Shown: positions 1 through 8,380 of the stretch, piece after piece
How the letters are laid out: the number at the start of each line of letters is the position of its first letter
Numbering within the stretch: position 1 is the first letter of the stretch
Translations under genes and position numbers: made by a program
The notes under the pieces: generated by a model
Told to the model about the DNA's origin: nothing
Databases searched by the model: none
Seen by the model: the letters and a program-made list of their open reading frames with translations, nothing else
NCBI GenBank assembly: GCA_977020255.1
Contig: CDROCS010001101.1
Location: 124,001-188,000 of the forward strand
DNA from: Obrimoposthia wandeli
Lineage: Eukaryota
Direction: 5' to 3'
Length of the DNA stretch: 64,000 nt

Positions 1-2
1 TT

Positions 3-950
3 GCCATAGACACTGATAAATACACTATTACTATTTCAGGGGCTGTTGATAAGGAAGTCACATTAAGTTTGGCTGAATTAAAGTCAATTGAAGGCCAACA
101 AGAAATTGTAGCTGTACAACAGTGTACTGGTAATAGCCGAGGTTATTCATCACCACGTGTTTTTGGTGCGCAATTAAGTAATGGCGCTATGGGTAATGCG
201 AAGTTCAAAGGTGTGCCACTTAAAAACGTGTTAGCGAAAGCGGGTATTTCTAGTGCAGCGACAAGTGTCATCATTGATGGTTTAGATAAGCCAGTTAGAG
301 AGACGACTCCAGACTTTCAAAAATCATTACCTATTGATCATATTATGACAGGCGAACCTATGCTTGTTTGGGAAATGAATGGTGAACCTTTACCATTTTT
401 AAATGGCTTTCCAGTGAAATTAATCGTTCCGGGTTGGTATGCAACATATTGGGTTAAGCATGTATCGCACCTTAAAGTCATAGAGGACAAGTTTGATAAC
501 TTTGATGCGTTCTTTATGACAACTGCATACCGTCTACCTGATAATGATTCTAAGAGTGAATTACCAACTGCCAGAGCGAAAAAGACGTTACCTGTAAATC
601 GATTCCCAATAAGAAGTTTTGTTACTAGTTTAGAAAATGGTGATGAAGTTAACGCTGCAACCAGTATTGAAATTAAAGGGATAGCTTTTGATAGTGGTAG
701 TGGTATCAAAAAAGTTGAAGTTTCAATCGATGGTGGGAATAAGTGGATGCAAGCAGCGCTTGGTGAAAATCTTGGTCGCTTTTCCTTTCGAGGTTGGAAG
801 TTAAGTCATAGCTTCAATGAAAAAGGCAGAACGCTTGTGATGGTAAGAGCAACAGGTAAGAGTGGTGAGACACAACCTGTTAATGCATCTTGGAATCATG
901 GTGGTTATAACCGAAACGCGATTGAACGAACAAGTATTAAGGTGGTTTAA
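3..950 (+). CDS. sorA: Sulfite dehydrogenase molybdopterin subunit (SorA, sulfite oxidase family), 5' end outside the window
   Basis: Frame is open from position 3 (AIDTDKYTITISGAVDKEV...), upstream of the track start at 69. Moco-ligating QCTGNxR motif, NGEPLPFLNGFPVKLIVPGWYATYWVK, and a C-terminal Ig-like dimerisation domain (VEVSIDGG, FSFRGW). A cytochrome c gene follows directly. Confidence 0.88.
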   Translation, partial: AIDTDKYTITISGAVDKEVTLSLAELKSIEGQQEIVAVQQCTGNSRGYSSPRVFGAQLSNGAMGNAKFKGVPLKNVLAKAGISSAATSVIIDGLDKPVRETTPDFQKSLPIDHIMTGEPMLVWEMNGEPLPFLNGFPVKLIVPGWYATYWVKHVSHLKVIEDKFDNFDAFFMTTAYRLPDNDSKSELPTARAKKTLPVNRFPIRSFVTSLENGDEVNAATSIEIKGIAFDSGSGIKKVEVSIDGGNKWMQAALGENLGRFSFRGWKLSHSFNEKGRTLVMVRATGKSGETQPVNASWNHGGYNRNAIERTSIKVV

Positions 951-1553
951 ATGCGGTTTTTACTTATTATATTAGCGCTATGTTCATTGACTGTTAAAGC
1001 TGAGATCGTATCTATTACCTTGCCTATGGATAATACCAAGCTTAAGCCGTCGATATTACCAGGGTATGGCCTCGCGCAATCTAAATGTCACCTTTGTCAT
1101 TCAGTTGATTACGTGATGTATCAACCACCAGAGATGGATCTAAAAGAGTGGACTGGTGAGATGTATAAAATGCGTAATGCCTATGGTGCACCTATCAGTA
1201 TGGGGGAGGCTAAGGTTATTGCCGCTTATTTGTCAGTTGCTTATGGCTCTGCAAAAGAAACGGATGCAGAAATAATGGCCTTAACTAAACTCGCTAGCAC
1301 CAAAAAAATATATCAGCCTGATAACTTAGATGTGAAATCACTCTTATCTGATAATGATTGTTTAACATGTCATAAAGATGCGGGCGCTTCTTCTATTAAA
1401 GACATACGAGCTAAATATGAAGGAACGGATAATGCGGTTGATAGATTGGGAGTGGCTATTAAGTCAGGTGGTCTTGGCATGCCTAAACCACCTATCAATC
1501 GCCATGAATCAGAGGCGATTGCAAAATACATCCTAGGGGAAAGTACGAAATAG
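951..1553 (+). CDS. sorB: SorB-like di-heme cytochrome c, exported
   Basis: Signal peptide; two heme motifs (CHLCH, CLTCH); starts directly after the sorA stop. Confidence 0.8.
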   Translation: MRFLLIILALCSLTVKAEIVSITLPMDNTKLKPSILPGYGLAQSKCHLCHSVDYVMYQPPEMDLKEWTGEMYKMRNAYGAPISMGEAKVIAAYLSVAYGSAKETDAEIMALTKLASTKKIYQPDNLDVKSLLSDNDCLTCHKDAGASSIKDIRAKYEGTDNAVDRLGVAIKSGGLGMPKPPINRHESEAIAKYILGESTK

Positions 1554-1583
1554 ACCATTTTTGACTACACTTTATCTTCCGAT

Positions 1584-1620
1584 AAAAAGGCCCTGAGTAT
1601 TTAACGCTTAGGGCCTTTTT
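1584..1620. terminator. Rho-independent terminator (bidirectional-type)
   Basis: AAAAAGGCCCTGAG-loop-CTTAGGGCCTTTTT after sorB. Confidence 0.8.
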
Positions 1621-1822
1621 ACCATAAATTTAATCTATCAAAATCATAGCGTTAATACTATTACCCTTACTATATTCAGCCATAACTAGTACCTACCTTT
1701 TTGTAAAATACAATCAAACACAACAAAACGCTTCAATACATGAATATAACAGTCGGCGTTCTACCTATACGGAACCGATAGATCATTGAGCGTTGTAATT
1801 TAATATGAAAGTAGGTGAAACG

Positions 1823-2215
1823 ATGAGCTTTTGGACAAAACTATTTGGTGGTGCTACTGCAGAGCCTATTGATGCATTGGGTTCTGCAGTGGATAGAATC
1901 TTTACTAATGATGAAGAACGCATGCAGGCACAAGCGGTGCTCGATAAAATAGCCCAGCAACCAGCCATTCTGCAGGCCGAGATTAATAAGATTGAAGCTC
2001 AGCATCGTTCACTCTTTGTCGCGGGTTGGCGACCTGCCATTGGTTGGGTATGTGCTATCGGTCTTGCCTTTCCATTTATCCTGAATCCTTTTATAGAGTG
2101 GGCTGGTGGATCGGGGCCTGAAATACCAATGGATCAACTGATGGAGTTAGTCGTGGCACTACTTGGACTGGGTACACTGCGCACATTTGAAAAGTTGGCT
2201 GGCAAAACCAAATGA
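1823..2215 (+). CDS. 3TM holin family protein (GTA-type holin of 3 TMs)
   Basis: WRPAIGWVC motif, hydrophobic segments and C-terminal LLGLGTLRTFEK; AGGTG RBS favours the ATG at 1823 over 1805. Confidence 0.75.
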   Translation: MSFWTKLFGGATAEPIDALGSAVDRIFTNDEERMQAQAVLDKIAQQPAILQAEINKIEAQHRSLFVAGWRPAIGWVCAIGLAFPFILNPFIEWAGGSGPEIPMDQLMELVVALLGLGTLRTFEKLAGKTK

Positions 2216-2356
2216 TCGTTATTTTCAAGTGTCATATCAAGTTGAGGTGTAAATATTGAGATGATAATACTATGTACATTAGGAGTTTAAGGCGTTTACT
2301 CTTTTCCTACTTGTAACTATAATGCGCTTTTTTCAACTACTGGAATATTATCTCTG

Positions 2357-3127
2357 ATGCGCAGCACTCTTATTGTCTTTACTTTGTTTTATTCACTTAT
2401 GTCTTTTAACACTTTTGCTGAAACTAACACGCAACCTATTGCAATATTAGGTGCAATGGATGCAGAAATCGAAAAACTGCTGCCAGAAATTAGCCAACGT
2501 AAAGTCCACACTGTCGCCGCTAACAATTACTATACTGGTTTTATTCAAGGTAAACCGGTTGTTGTAGCTCGTTCTGGTGTCGGTAAGGTTAATGCTGCAA
2601 TCACTACGTATGTTCTGATTAATCAATTTGATGTCAGTAGTATCATCTTCACTGGTATCGCCGGTGCAGCAAGCCCTAAATTAAATGTTGCCGACGTAGT
2701 GATCTCTACAGCACTAGTACAACACGATGTTGATTTAACAGCGTTTGGCGCTCCTAAAGGCCAATTAGATGGCTATGACGACCGCTATTTCTATGCTGAT
2801 AAGAAACTGCAAGTGTTGGCCGTTAACGCGGCTAAAGATGCAATTGGTGAAGATCGCGTACATTCGGGTATCATCGCCACTGGCGATCAATTTATTGCCG
2901 ATAAAGCGGTAGTGAGCATGTTACTTAAAGAATTCAATGCAATGGCCGTTGAAATGGAAGGCGCTGCAGTTGCCCAGGTAGCTGGCATGTTTGATATTCC
3001 TCTTGTTGTGATCCGCACTATTTCAGATAAAGCCGATGGCTCTGCGCATTTAGTTTATTCAGAAGCTAAGCAAGTTACTGCTGACAACTCTGTGGCAATT
3101 ACGCTAAACATGATCAACAAGATGTAA
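2357..3127 (+). CDS. mtnN: 5'-methylthioadenosine/S-adenosylhomocysteine nucleosidase with N-terminal signal peptide
   Basis: IAILGAMDAEI, SGVGKVNAA, TGDQFI, VEMEGAAVAQ and ISDKAD motifs, preceded by a ~21-aa Sec-like leader ending NTFA. Confidence 0.9.
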   Translation: MRSTLIVFTLFYSLMSFNTFAETNTQPIAILGAMDAEIEKLLPEISQRKVHTVAANNYYTGFIQGKPVVVARSGVGKVNAAITTYVLINQFDVSSIIFTGIAGAASPKLNVADVVISTALVQHDVDLTAFGAPKGQLDGYDDRYFYADKKLQVLAVNAAKDAIGEDRVHSGIIATGDQFIADKAVVSMLLKEFNAMAVEMEGAAVAQVAGMFDIPLVVIRTISDKADGSAHLVYSEAKQVTADNSVAITLNMINKM

Positions 3128-3216
3128 GTTTTTTTATAGATTTATAGATTTATAGATATAGATATAGATGGTGAAATAGGGGACTAGGCTCTATTTCTCA
3201 TAAAAATACAAAGATG

Positions 3217-3244
3217 AAGCCGCTGTTGTTACAGCGGCTTTTTC
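3217..3244 (+). terminator. Rho-independent terminator
   Basis: AAGCCGCTGT-TGTT-ACAGCGGCTT followed by a T run. Confidence 0.8.
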
Positions 3245-3389
3245 ATATCTAAAACCTATAAAATCAGAGGTTTGTTTAAATTTCGCTGATGTTTAACCTA
3301 TTTATGCTAATTGCGAACCCTGTTTTCAGTAGTTAATAATGAATGAAACTTGCAAACAAACATGACTTTATATAATATCACCTTACAAA

Positions 3390-3405
3390 CTGACCGCTCG
3401 GTCAG
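3390..3405. promoter_or_regulatory. Probable TetR operator
   Basis: Perfect palindrome CTGACCG-CT-CGGTCAG just downstream of a TATAAT-like -10 and upstream of the TetR gene. Confidence 0.65.
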
Positions 3406-3446
3406 CCCTGTGATTTAGTAGATAAACTTAAGCATGGATAAGTAAC

Positions 3447-4013
3447 ATGGACAAAAGAAAGCAAATTATTGAATCAGCGATAGAACTGTTTGCGACTACA
3501 GGCTACGAGAAAACGTCCATTGCAGCTATTTGCGAGCATTCAAAAGTATCCAAGGGCTTGGTGTTTCATCATTTTAAGAATAAAGAGGGATTACTCAGGG
3601 AAGTCTTTATGCGTATGGCTGAGATCATTAACGAGGTAGGTGATAATATCGTTAATGTTAATAAAGAACTAAGCGCTAAAGATAAGTTGGTTAACCTTCT
3701 GGAACAGATTTTTTTATCGATGGCTTCTCCAGAACAGAGATTGTATTTCCAATTTGATTTCCAAGTATTATGCCAGCCTTCAGCACGGTTGATTTTGAAA
3801 GACTTATTTGACGAGCGATATCAATTAATGGTCACTTCTTTTCAAGATATTTTATGCGATATACCCGCTGCTAATCCCGTTGTTGATAGCCATATGTTAA
3901 TCGCTGAAATAGACGGGATTGCCCTCAATTATTTGTTCGCTAGCGATGACTATCCTCTGACAGAGATTAAAGATAGGTTCATTCAAAAACAGTTGTTATT
4001 ACTCGGCCTTTAG
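3447..4013 (+). CDS. TetR/AcrR family regulator
   Basis: N-terminal HTH: IIESAIELFATTGYEKTSIAAICEHSKVSKGLVFHHFKNKE. Confidence 0.92.
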   Translation: MDKRKQIIESAIELFATTGYEKTSIAAICEHSKVSKGLVFHHFKNKEGLLREVFMRMAEIINEVGDNIVNVNKELSAKDKLVNLLEQIFLSMASPEQRLYFQFDFQVLCQPSARLILKDLFDERYQLMVTSFQDILCDIPAANPVVDSHMLIAEIDGIALNYLFASDDYPLTEIKDRFIQKQLLLLGL

Positions 4014-4055
4014 CAAAAAATCTAATATAAAACGATTAACAAAGAGTCAATTTAA

Positions 4056-4562
4056 ATGAAAACACCTTATCAAATACAGTACGAAGCCTTCCTTGCTGCG
4101 GGCGGTCTTTATGATGAACGCCATGCGAAACTATACGCGAATTTCGCAGATAACTTGATTGCAGAAGGCAGCTTCTCGATCTTACATGAAGGCGTAGCGC
4201 ATGCTTGTTACACTCCTATGACAGTCGATGCCGCACCACATCTAAAATGCTACGTATTAGCGCCATTATCAGTGCTGCCTGAATATCAAGGTAAAGGGGT
4301 TGCTACTAGACTTATGGAAGCCGCTGAAAAGCAATTAGATGCAGATGTAATCTTTGTATTGGGGGATCCTTGTCACTACGGAAATCGCTACAATACTCCG
4401 CATAACGTCCTTCCTCCTGTGGAAACTGAAGCACCACTAGAGTGCTGGTTTGCTCGAGCGCTAACCGCTGGTGCATTAGACGGTGTTGGAGAATCAACAT
4501 CTAGTATCACTGGTTGTTATGCTAGCCCGTTAATGTGGGCACATCCTAGCGAGCAAGTGTAA
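4056..4562 (+). CDS. GNAT N-acetyltransferase (YhbS-like)
   Basis: LAPLSVLPEYQGKGVATRLM acetyl-CoA motif A; VLGDPxHY. Confidence 0.85.
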   Translation: MKTPYQIQYEAFLAAGGLYDERHAKLYANFADNLIAEGSFSILHEGVAHACYTPMTVDAAPHLKCYVLAPLSVLPEYQGKGVATRLMEAAEKQLDADVIFVLGDPCHYGNRYNTPHNVLPPVETEAPLECWFARALTAGALDGVGESTSSITGCYASPLMWAHPSEQV

Positions 4563-4677
4563 AAATATGAGCTAGATAACGAGTCAAAAAAAAACGATGT
4601 AAATGACTATTCTCAATTTCATTGGCCAATATCAGTAGTAAGATGATAACCCTCATTTAAAAATTAAAGTGGTTACC

Positions 4678-5244
4678 ATGACAATCAATCTAAATAGTCG
4701 TTACGGCTTAAATCCTGCGCATAGTGAAGTAGTAGAAGCATGTAAAGTTATTGAGCCGTGCGATACATTAGATATGGGCTGTTCGAATGGGCGTAATGCC
4801 TTGTATCTCGGCCAGCTTGGATTTAACGTTACCGCCATTGATATTAATCCAGCTGCCATCGATAATCTGCAAGATATTACTCAGCAAGAGGGTATGAGTA
4901 ATATCAAGGCTCAGGTATATGACATTAACAGCGCTAACTTAAGTAACGATTATGATTTCATCTCTTGTACCGTAACCTTAATGTTTGTCAATCCAGCGAA
5001 TGTCGACGCTATTATTGCTGATATGCACAAGCGAACGCTACCTGGTGGCTACAACCTAATTGTTTGTGCCATGAGTACTGAAGAAACACCATGCCCAGTA
5101 CCGTTTCCTTTCACGCTAAAAGCAGGGCAGTTACGCGAGGCTTATGCTGGATGGGAACTGATTAAGTACAATGAAGATGTTGGTACTATGCATAACGGCG
5201 CTAAATTACAGTTTGCGACTATGTTGGCGCGTAAACCTGTTTAA
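4678..5244 (+). CDS. tehB: Tellurite-resistance SAM-dependent methyltransferase TehB
   Basis: LDMGCSNGRNALYL motif I, YDFISCTVTLMF, PGGYNLIV, CPVPFPFT and FATMLARK, all typical of TehB. Confidence 0.88.
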   Translation: MTINLNSRYGLNPAHSEVVEACKVIEPCDTLDMGCSNGRNALYLGQLGFNVTAIDINPAAIDNLQDITQQEGMSNIKAQVYDINSANLSNDYDFISCTVTLMFVNPANVDAIIADMHKRTLPGGYNLIVCAMSTEETPCPVPFPFTLKAGQLREAYAGWELIKYNEDVGTMHNGAKLQFATMLARKPV

Positions 5245-5638
5245 ACCCAATATTAAGGCCTCAATACAGAGGTCTTTGTTTTATCTAAAACGCTATTTTC
5301 ATGTTGAATGTAATATCCAGGACTAGATTAAACAATCATTACCACTTTCCTAATATATAATTTAGACCATCATGCAGCACTATTTAAAGACAATACGATC
5401 GCTTTAATATAACAGTACTGAAAGGGGATCTTGATAGCTATAAAGTCATCTATCTTGTTACGTACAGAAGTTAGGATCACTTCGTGGTTTAATGGATAAT
5501 TTAAAGATACGTATTCAGTCAATATCTAGAATATTATTAGATCAAGAAGGTAACCGGCCAGTATAGAGTCGGGTGATGACTTGGGTCACAGAGGCCTTAA
5601 AAAAACAGAGCAGGGCGTGTTGAACCAAGGTTTTATTC

Positions 5639-5700
5639 GCGCGCTCTGTAAAATGTACCAGTGGTAACCGACAAAAACTTTCAGATTTCACACAGCACAC
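5639..5700. repeat. Degenerate copy (S1) of the recombinase-associated inverted-repeat site
   Basis: Arms GCGCGCTCTGTAAAATGT (13/18 match) and AGATTTCACACAGCACAC (15/18 match) to the 33360-33424 arm, separated by a 26-nt spacer. Confidence 0.55.
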
Positions 5701-6573
5701 GTGATTTATGCCTTTAAAAACAGACTTGTACTGGCTATTCAGATCTGAAGTCACTAATCGTTGATAACGATGAAAAAATGGTTTCGAGCCATACGGTTAC
5801 GAACGTTTAACATCTATCTAGACTATCATAAATATCGATTACAACGTGATAAAAATGCCTTAAAAAACATTACGTTCGTTAGGATATTAATAAAGTATAA
5901 GAACCATTTCGATGTCGTTGGTAGATGATTTTAAGATGAGCCAATATAGAGTAAATCGCATTATGCACAAGCTGAACAGAACTTAGCTAAGTTGTCAGCG
6001 GATAAGTTAGAAAAAAGAAACAGGGAAATTACATTGGGCAATAGAAAATATTGAGTCATCAATTTTGCCGTAGCTGCATCCAATATAGAGATGATGATGT
6101 TAGGAACATTTTTCATAAGCTTTAAAACGAAATGGATTAATACTGATAAAAGGTTGTTCATAACTGAATATTAGAGCCAGATTAGAGAGCATCACAAAAT
6201 AGCCAAAGTCCCATACTTCCGGAGTGCCGATACAGTGGTGGTTTAATCCAAAGTGAATCAGAACGAAGATACATTAAGAATACTAAGTGGTAGCAAAATT
6301 AGTTGAGCATTTCATAGTGCATTATAAAAATATTTACCGTGTGTATTGAATGATGAGATCTAAATGTGAGAGTTTGTTGGTGATCAGGGAGCTAACAAGA
6401 ATCCGGTAGCGATATATGAGCATCGACCAATATGTAGATTGTTTGAATCTACGAGGGAAAATAGCTTGAGGATTTCTACAGCTAGATCCACAGGCATACA
6501 AAGTTTTGGTTTTTATATGTCTGGATATATTTGATTACGTCATATTTTGGATAAAATATGATGTAATCATTTA

Positions 6574-6601
6574 GATGCATATCATATACTTTATGGTAAA
6601 T
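6574..6601 (+). other. Secondary dif-like XerCD site
   Basis: GATGCATATCA-TATACT-TTATGGTAAAT: XerD arm identical to that of 6690-6717; XerC arm 7/11 to E. coli dif; inverted relative to 6690-6717. Confidence 0.55.
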
Positions 6602-6689
6602 AAGACATGTGTTAAATACCAACCGAACCAATCCCAATAATTACATATCTATAAATAGAACGGGGCTAATTATAACTCCCACAAATCCT

Positions 6690-6717
6690 ATTTACCATAA
6701 TATACATTATGCGCAGT
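6690..6717 (-). other. dif: dif site (XerCD chromosome-dimer resolution site)
   Basis: Minus strand reads ACTGCGCATAA-TGTATA-TTATGGTAAAT: 25/28 identical to E. coli dif with the canonical TGTATA spacer; the XerD arm equals that of ColE1 cer. Confidence 0.82.
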
Positions 6718-6811
6718 GTTGTATAAACCCAGATAGAGGTGTCCGGTTTGAGATTATTGGTATTGATATCAAAATATTGTTCCTGGTACTTCATTCTGAT
6801 ATCAAAAACCT

Positions 6812-6873
6812 GTGCGCTACGTGAAATCTGAAAAGTTTTGCCAGTATAGTTACTGTAGATTTCACACAGCGCG
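6812..6873. repeat. Copy (S2) of the recombinase-associated inverted-repeat site
   Basis: Left arm GTGCGCTACGTGAAATCT is 18/18 identical to the 33361-33378 arm; 27-nt spacer; right arm AGATTTCACACAGCGCG is 14/18. Confidence 0.8.
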
Positions 6874-6877
6874 TTAT

Positions 6878-7129
6878 CTATTTAGCTGTTTGATTACTAA
6901 TGTTTTTATCTGATTTAAAGTATTCTAGTTCTTTCAATCTCGCGAATATTTTTGCATAACCAATGAAGTTTTGTTCATCACCATCGGTAACATCTGCTGA
7001 TAAAAGATCCTCATGCAGGAACAAAATTGATTCTTTAATATCATCAAGTCCAATTGATAATTCACTACTTGCTGTAAGACATTGTTCACCTCGACAATAA
7101 AATACAGCACTACCAGATACCATATTCAT
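6878..7129 (-). CDS. Hypothetical protein (83 aa)
   Basis: Only ORF in an otherwise non-coding stretch; weak RBS; ends 4 bp from site S2; no recognisable motif. Confidence 0.35.
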   Translation of the reverse strand: MNMVSGSAVFYCRGEQCLTASSELSIGLDDIKESILFLHEDLLSADVTDGDEQNFIGYAKIFARLKELEYFKSDKNISNQTAK

Positions 7130-7251
7130 AATATGCTTCTATAATTATTGAGAATAATCAGATTCTTTATTAAACGCTAAGCTATCAATACTCCGCTTAT
7201 ATTCATGCTAGCAATATATAATCAACCATAATTAATGAAGGGAAAATAAAA

Positions 7252-7668
7252 ATGAGATCTTTAAAGAAGATATTTTCTATAGTCATTGTTTCAGCCAGTT
7301 TAGTTACAGTGCCACTGGCCAGCGCTTCACCTTCACAGCAAAGCCAAACTCCGTTACAGGAAATCGTTAATTCACTGGAGTTAACCGAAGATCAACAGAA
7401 TGAAATATCTTCATTCATTGATAAGTATCAAGAGTCCCGTCCAGTTATTAATGTGGAAAAAGTGGTAGAACTAAAAAAAGAACAACTACGCTTGATTACT
7501 CAGCCCAAACTCGATGAAACCAAATTAGGGTCAATCATCGATCTGATTCAAGTTAAGCAAAAACAGCTTCTGATAGATGAGATGCAATTAAAAAATAATA
7601 TTTATAATGTGCTCACAGAAGATCAAAAAACTAAGTTTAAATCTTCGTTGAAGTCATTGATACTTTAA
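7252..7668 (+). CDS. Spy/CpxP family periplasmic protein
   Basis: Signal peptide; two LTxxQ motifs (LELTEDQQ, VLTEDQK); helical. Confidence 0.8.
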   Translation: MRSLKKIFSIVIVSASLVTVPLASASPSQQSQTPLQEIVNSLELTEDQQNEISSFIDKYQESRPVINVEKVVELKKEQLRLITQPKLDETKLGSIIDLIQVKQKQLLIDEMQLKNNIYNVLTEDQKTKFKSSLKSLIL

Positions 7669-7748
7669 ACTAACTAACCATTTTTAACCCACTGAATAAT
7701 ATCAACACAGTTATTAATTTGTGTCTTTTCAGTGACCTATTAAAATTG

Positions 7749-7770
7749 GCCTCCTCATTGGAGGCTTTTT
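7749..7770 (+). terminator. Rho-independent terminator
   Basis: GCCTCC-TCATT-GGAGGC-TTTTT. Confidence 0.7.
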
Positions 7771-7840
7771 ATCTCAGTATAAAGCAGTAAATATAGACAT
7801 GCTATTTAACATAATAAATGCAGTCTTATTAATCACCAAT

Positions 7841-8269
7841 TTATCTTTCCCACAATACTGGTCCGTTACCTTCTTGAGCTAATATGTCTTGTGGGTTTCT
7901 TAGCTTACATTTATTAATGGACAGACAACCACAACCGATACATTCATCAAGTTCATCCCTCAACGTTTGTAAGCTGCTAATACGCTCGTTCAACTGTAAC
8001 TTCCACGTATTCGCCATCGCCCTCCAATCTTCTTCTGTGGGCGCGCTATCCTTGGGTAAGTGAGAAAGCGCTATTGTCACTTCTTGTAAAGATATCCCTA
8101 ACTTTTGAGCCATTTTAATTACTGAGATACGCCTTAATACACTGCGGTCATAGCGGCGTTGATTACCCGAATTTCGCCAACTTTGAATAAGCCCTTTCTT
8201 CTCATAAAAATGCAAGGTTGATACTTTCACATCAGCCCTTGTTGCCACTTGCCCAACGCTCATTTCCAT
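7841..8269 (-). CDS. soxR: Redox-sensitive transcriptional activator SoxR
   Basis: MerR HTH, RNSGNQRRY, and the [2Fe-2S] motif CIGCGCLS..C. Confidence 0.96.
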   Translation of the reverse strand: MEMSVGQVATRADVKVSTLHFYEKKGLIQSWRNSGNQRRYDRSVLRRISVIKMAQKLGISLQEVTIALSHLPKDSAPTEEDWRAMANTWKLQLNERISSLQTLRDELDECIGCGCLSINKCKLRNPQDILAQEGNGPVLWER

Positions 8270-8315
8270 CTGATGTCCTATCTGATTTTATATTTTCATC
8301 TATGCAAGATATCAC

Positions 8316-8346
8316 TTTACCTCAACATAGGTTGAGGTATTAGACT
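8316..8346 (+). promoter_or_regulatory. SoxR-type promoter (soxbox within a 19-bp spacer)
   Basis: CCTCAAC-ATAG-GTTGAGG palindrome (8320-8337) between -35 TTTACC and -10 TAGACT spaced 19 bp, which is the MerR/SoxR architecture. Confidence 0.88.
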
Positions 8347-8380
8347 AGCAGCAATATAAATAAAAAGCATGGAGCATTAA

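Noticed and set aside
5540-5640. GC-richer stretch considered as a c-di-GMP riboswitch or attC site
   Set aside because: Lacks the GEMM (GCAAA / GAAA / GACGCAAAG) and attC (RYYYAAC...GTTRRRY) signatures.
7804-7831. ATTTAACATAA, a perfect canonical XerD arm
   Set aside because: The sequence at the XerC-arm position (CAGTCTTATTA) does not resemble TTATGCGCA; it lies in an AT-rich terminator region and is probably chance.
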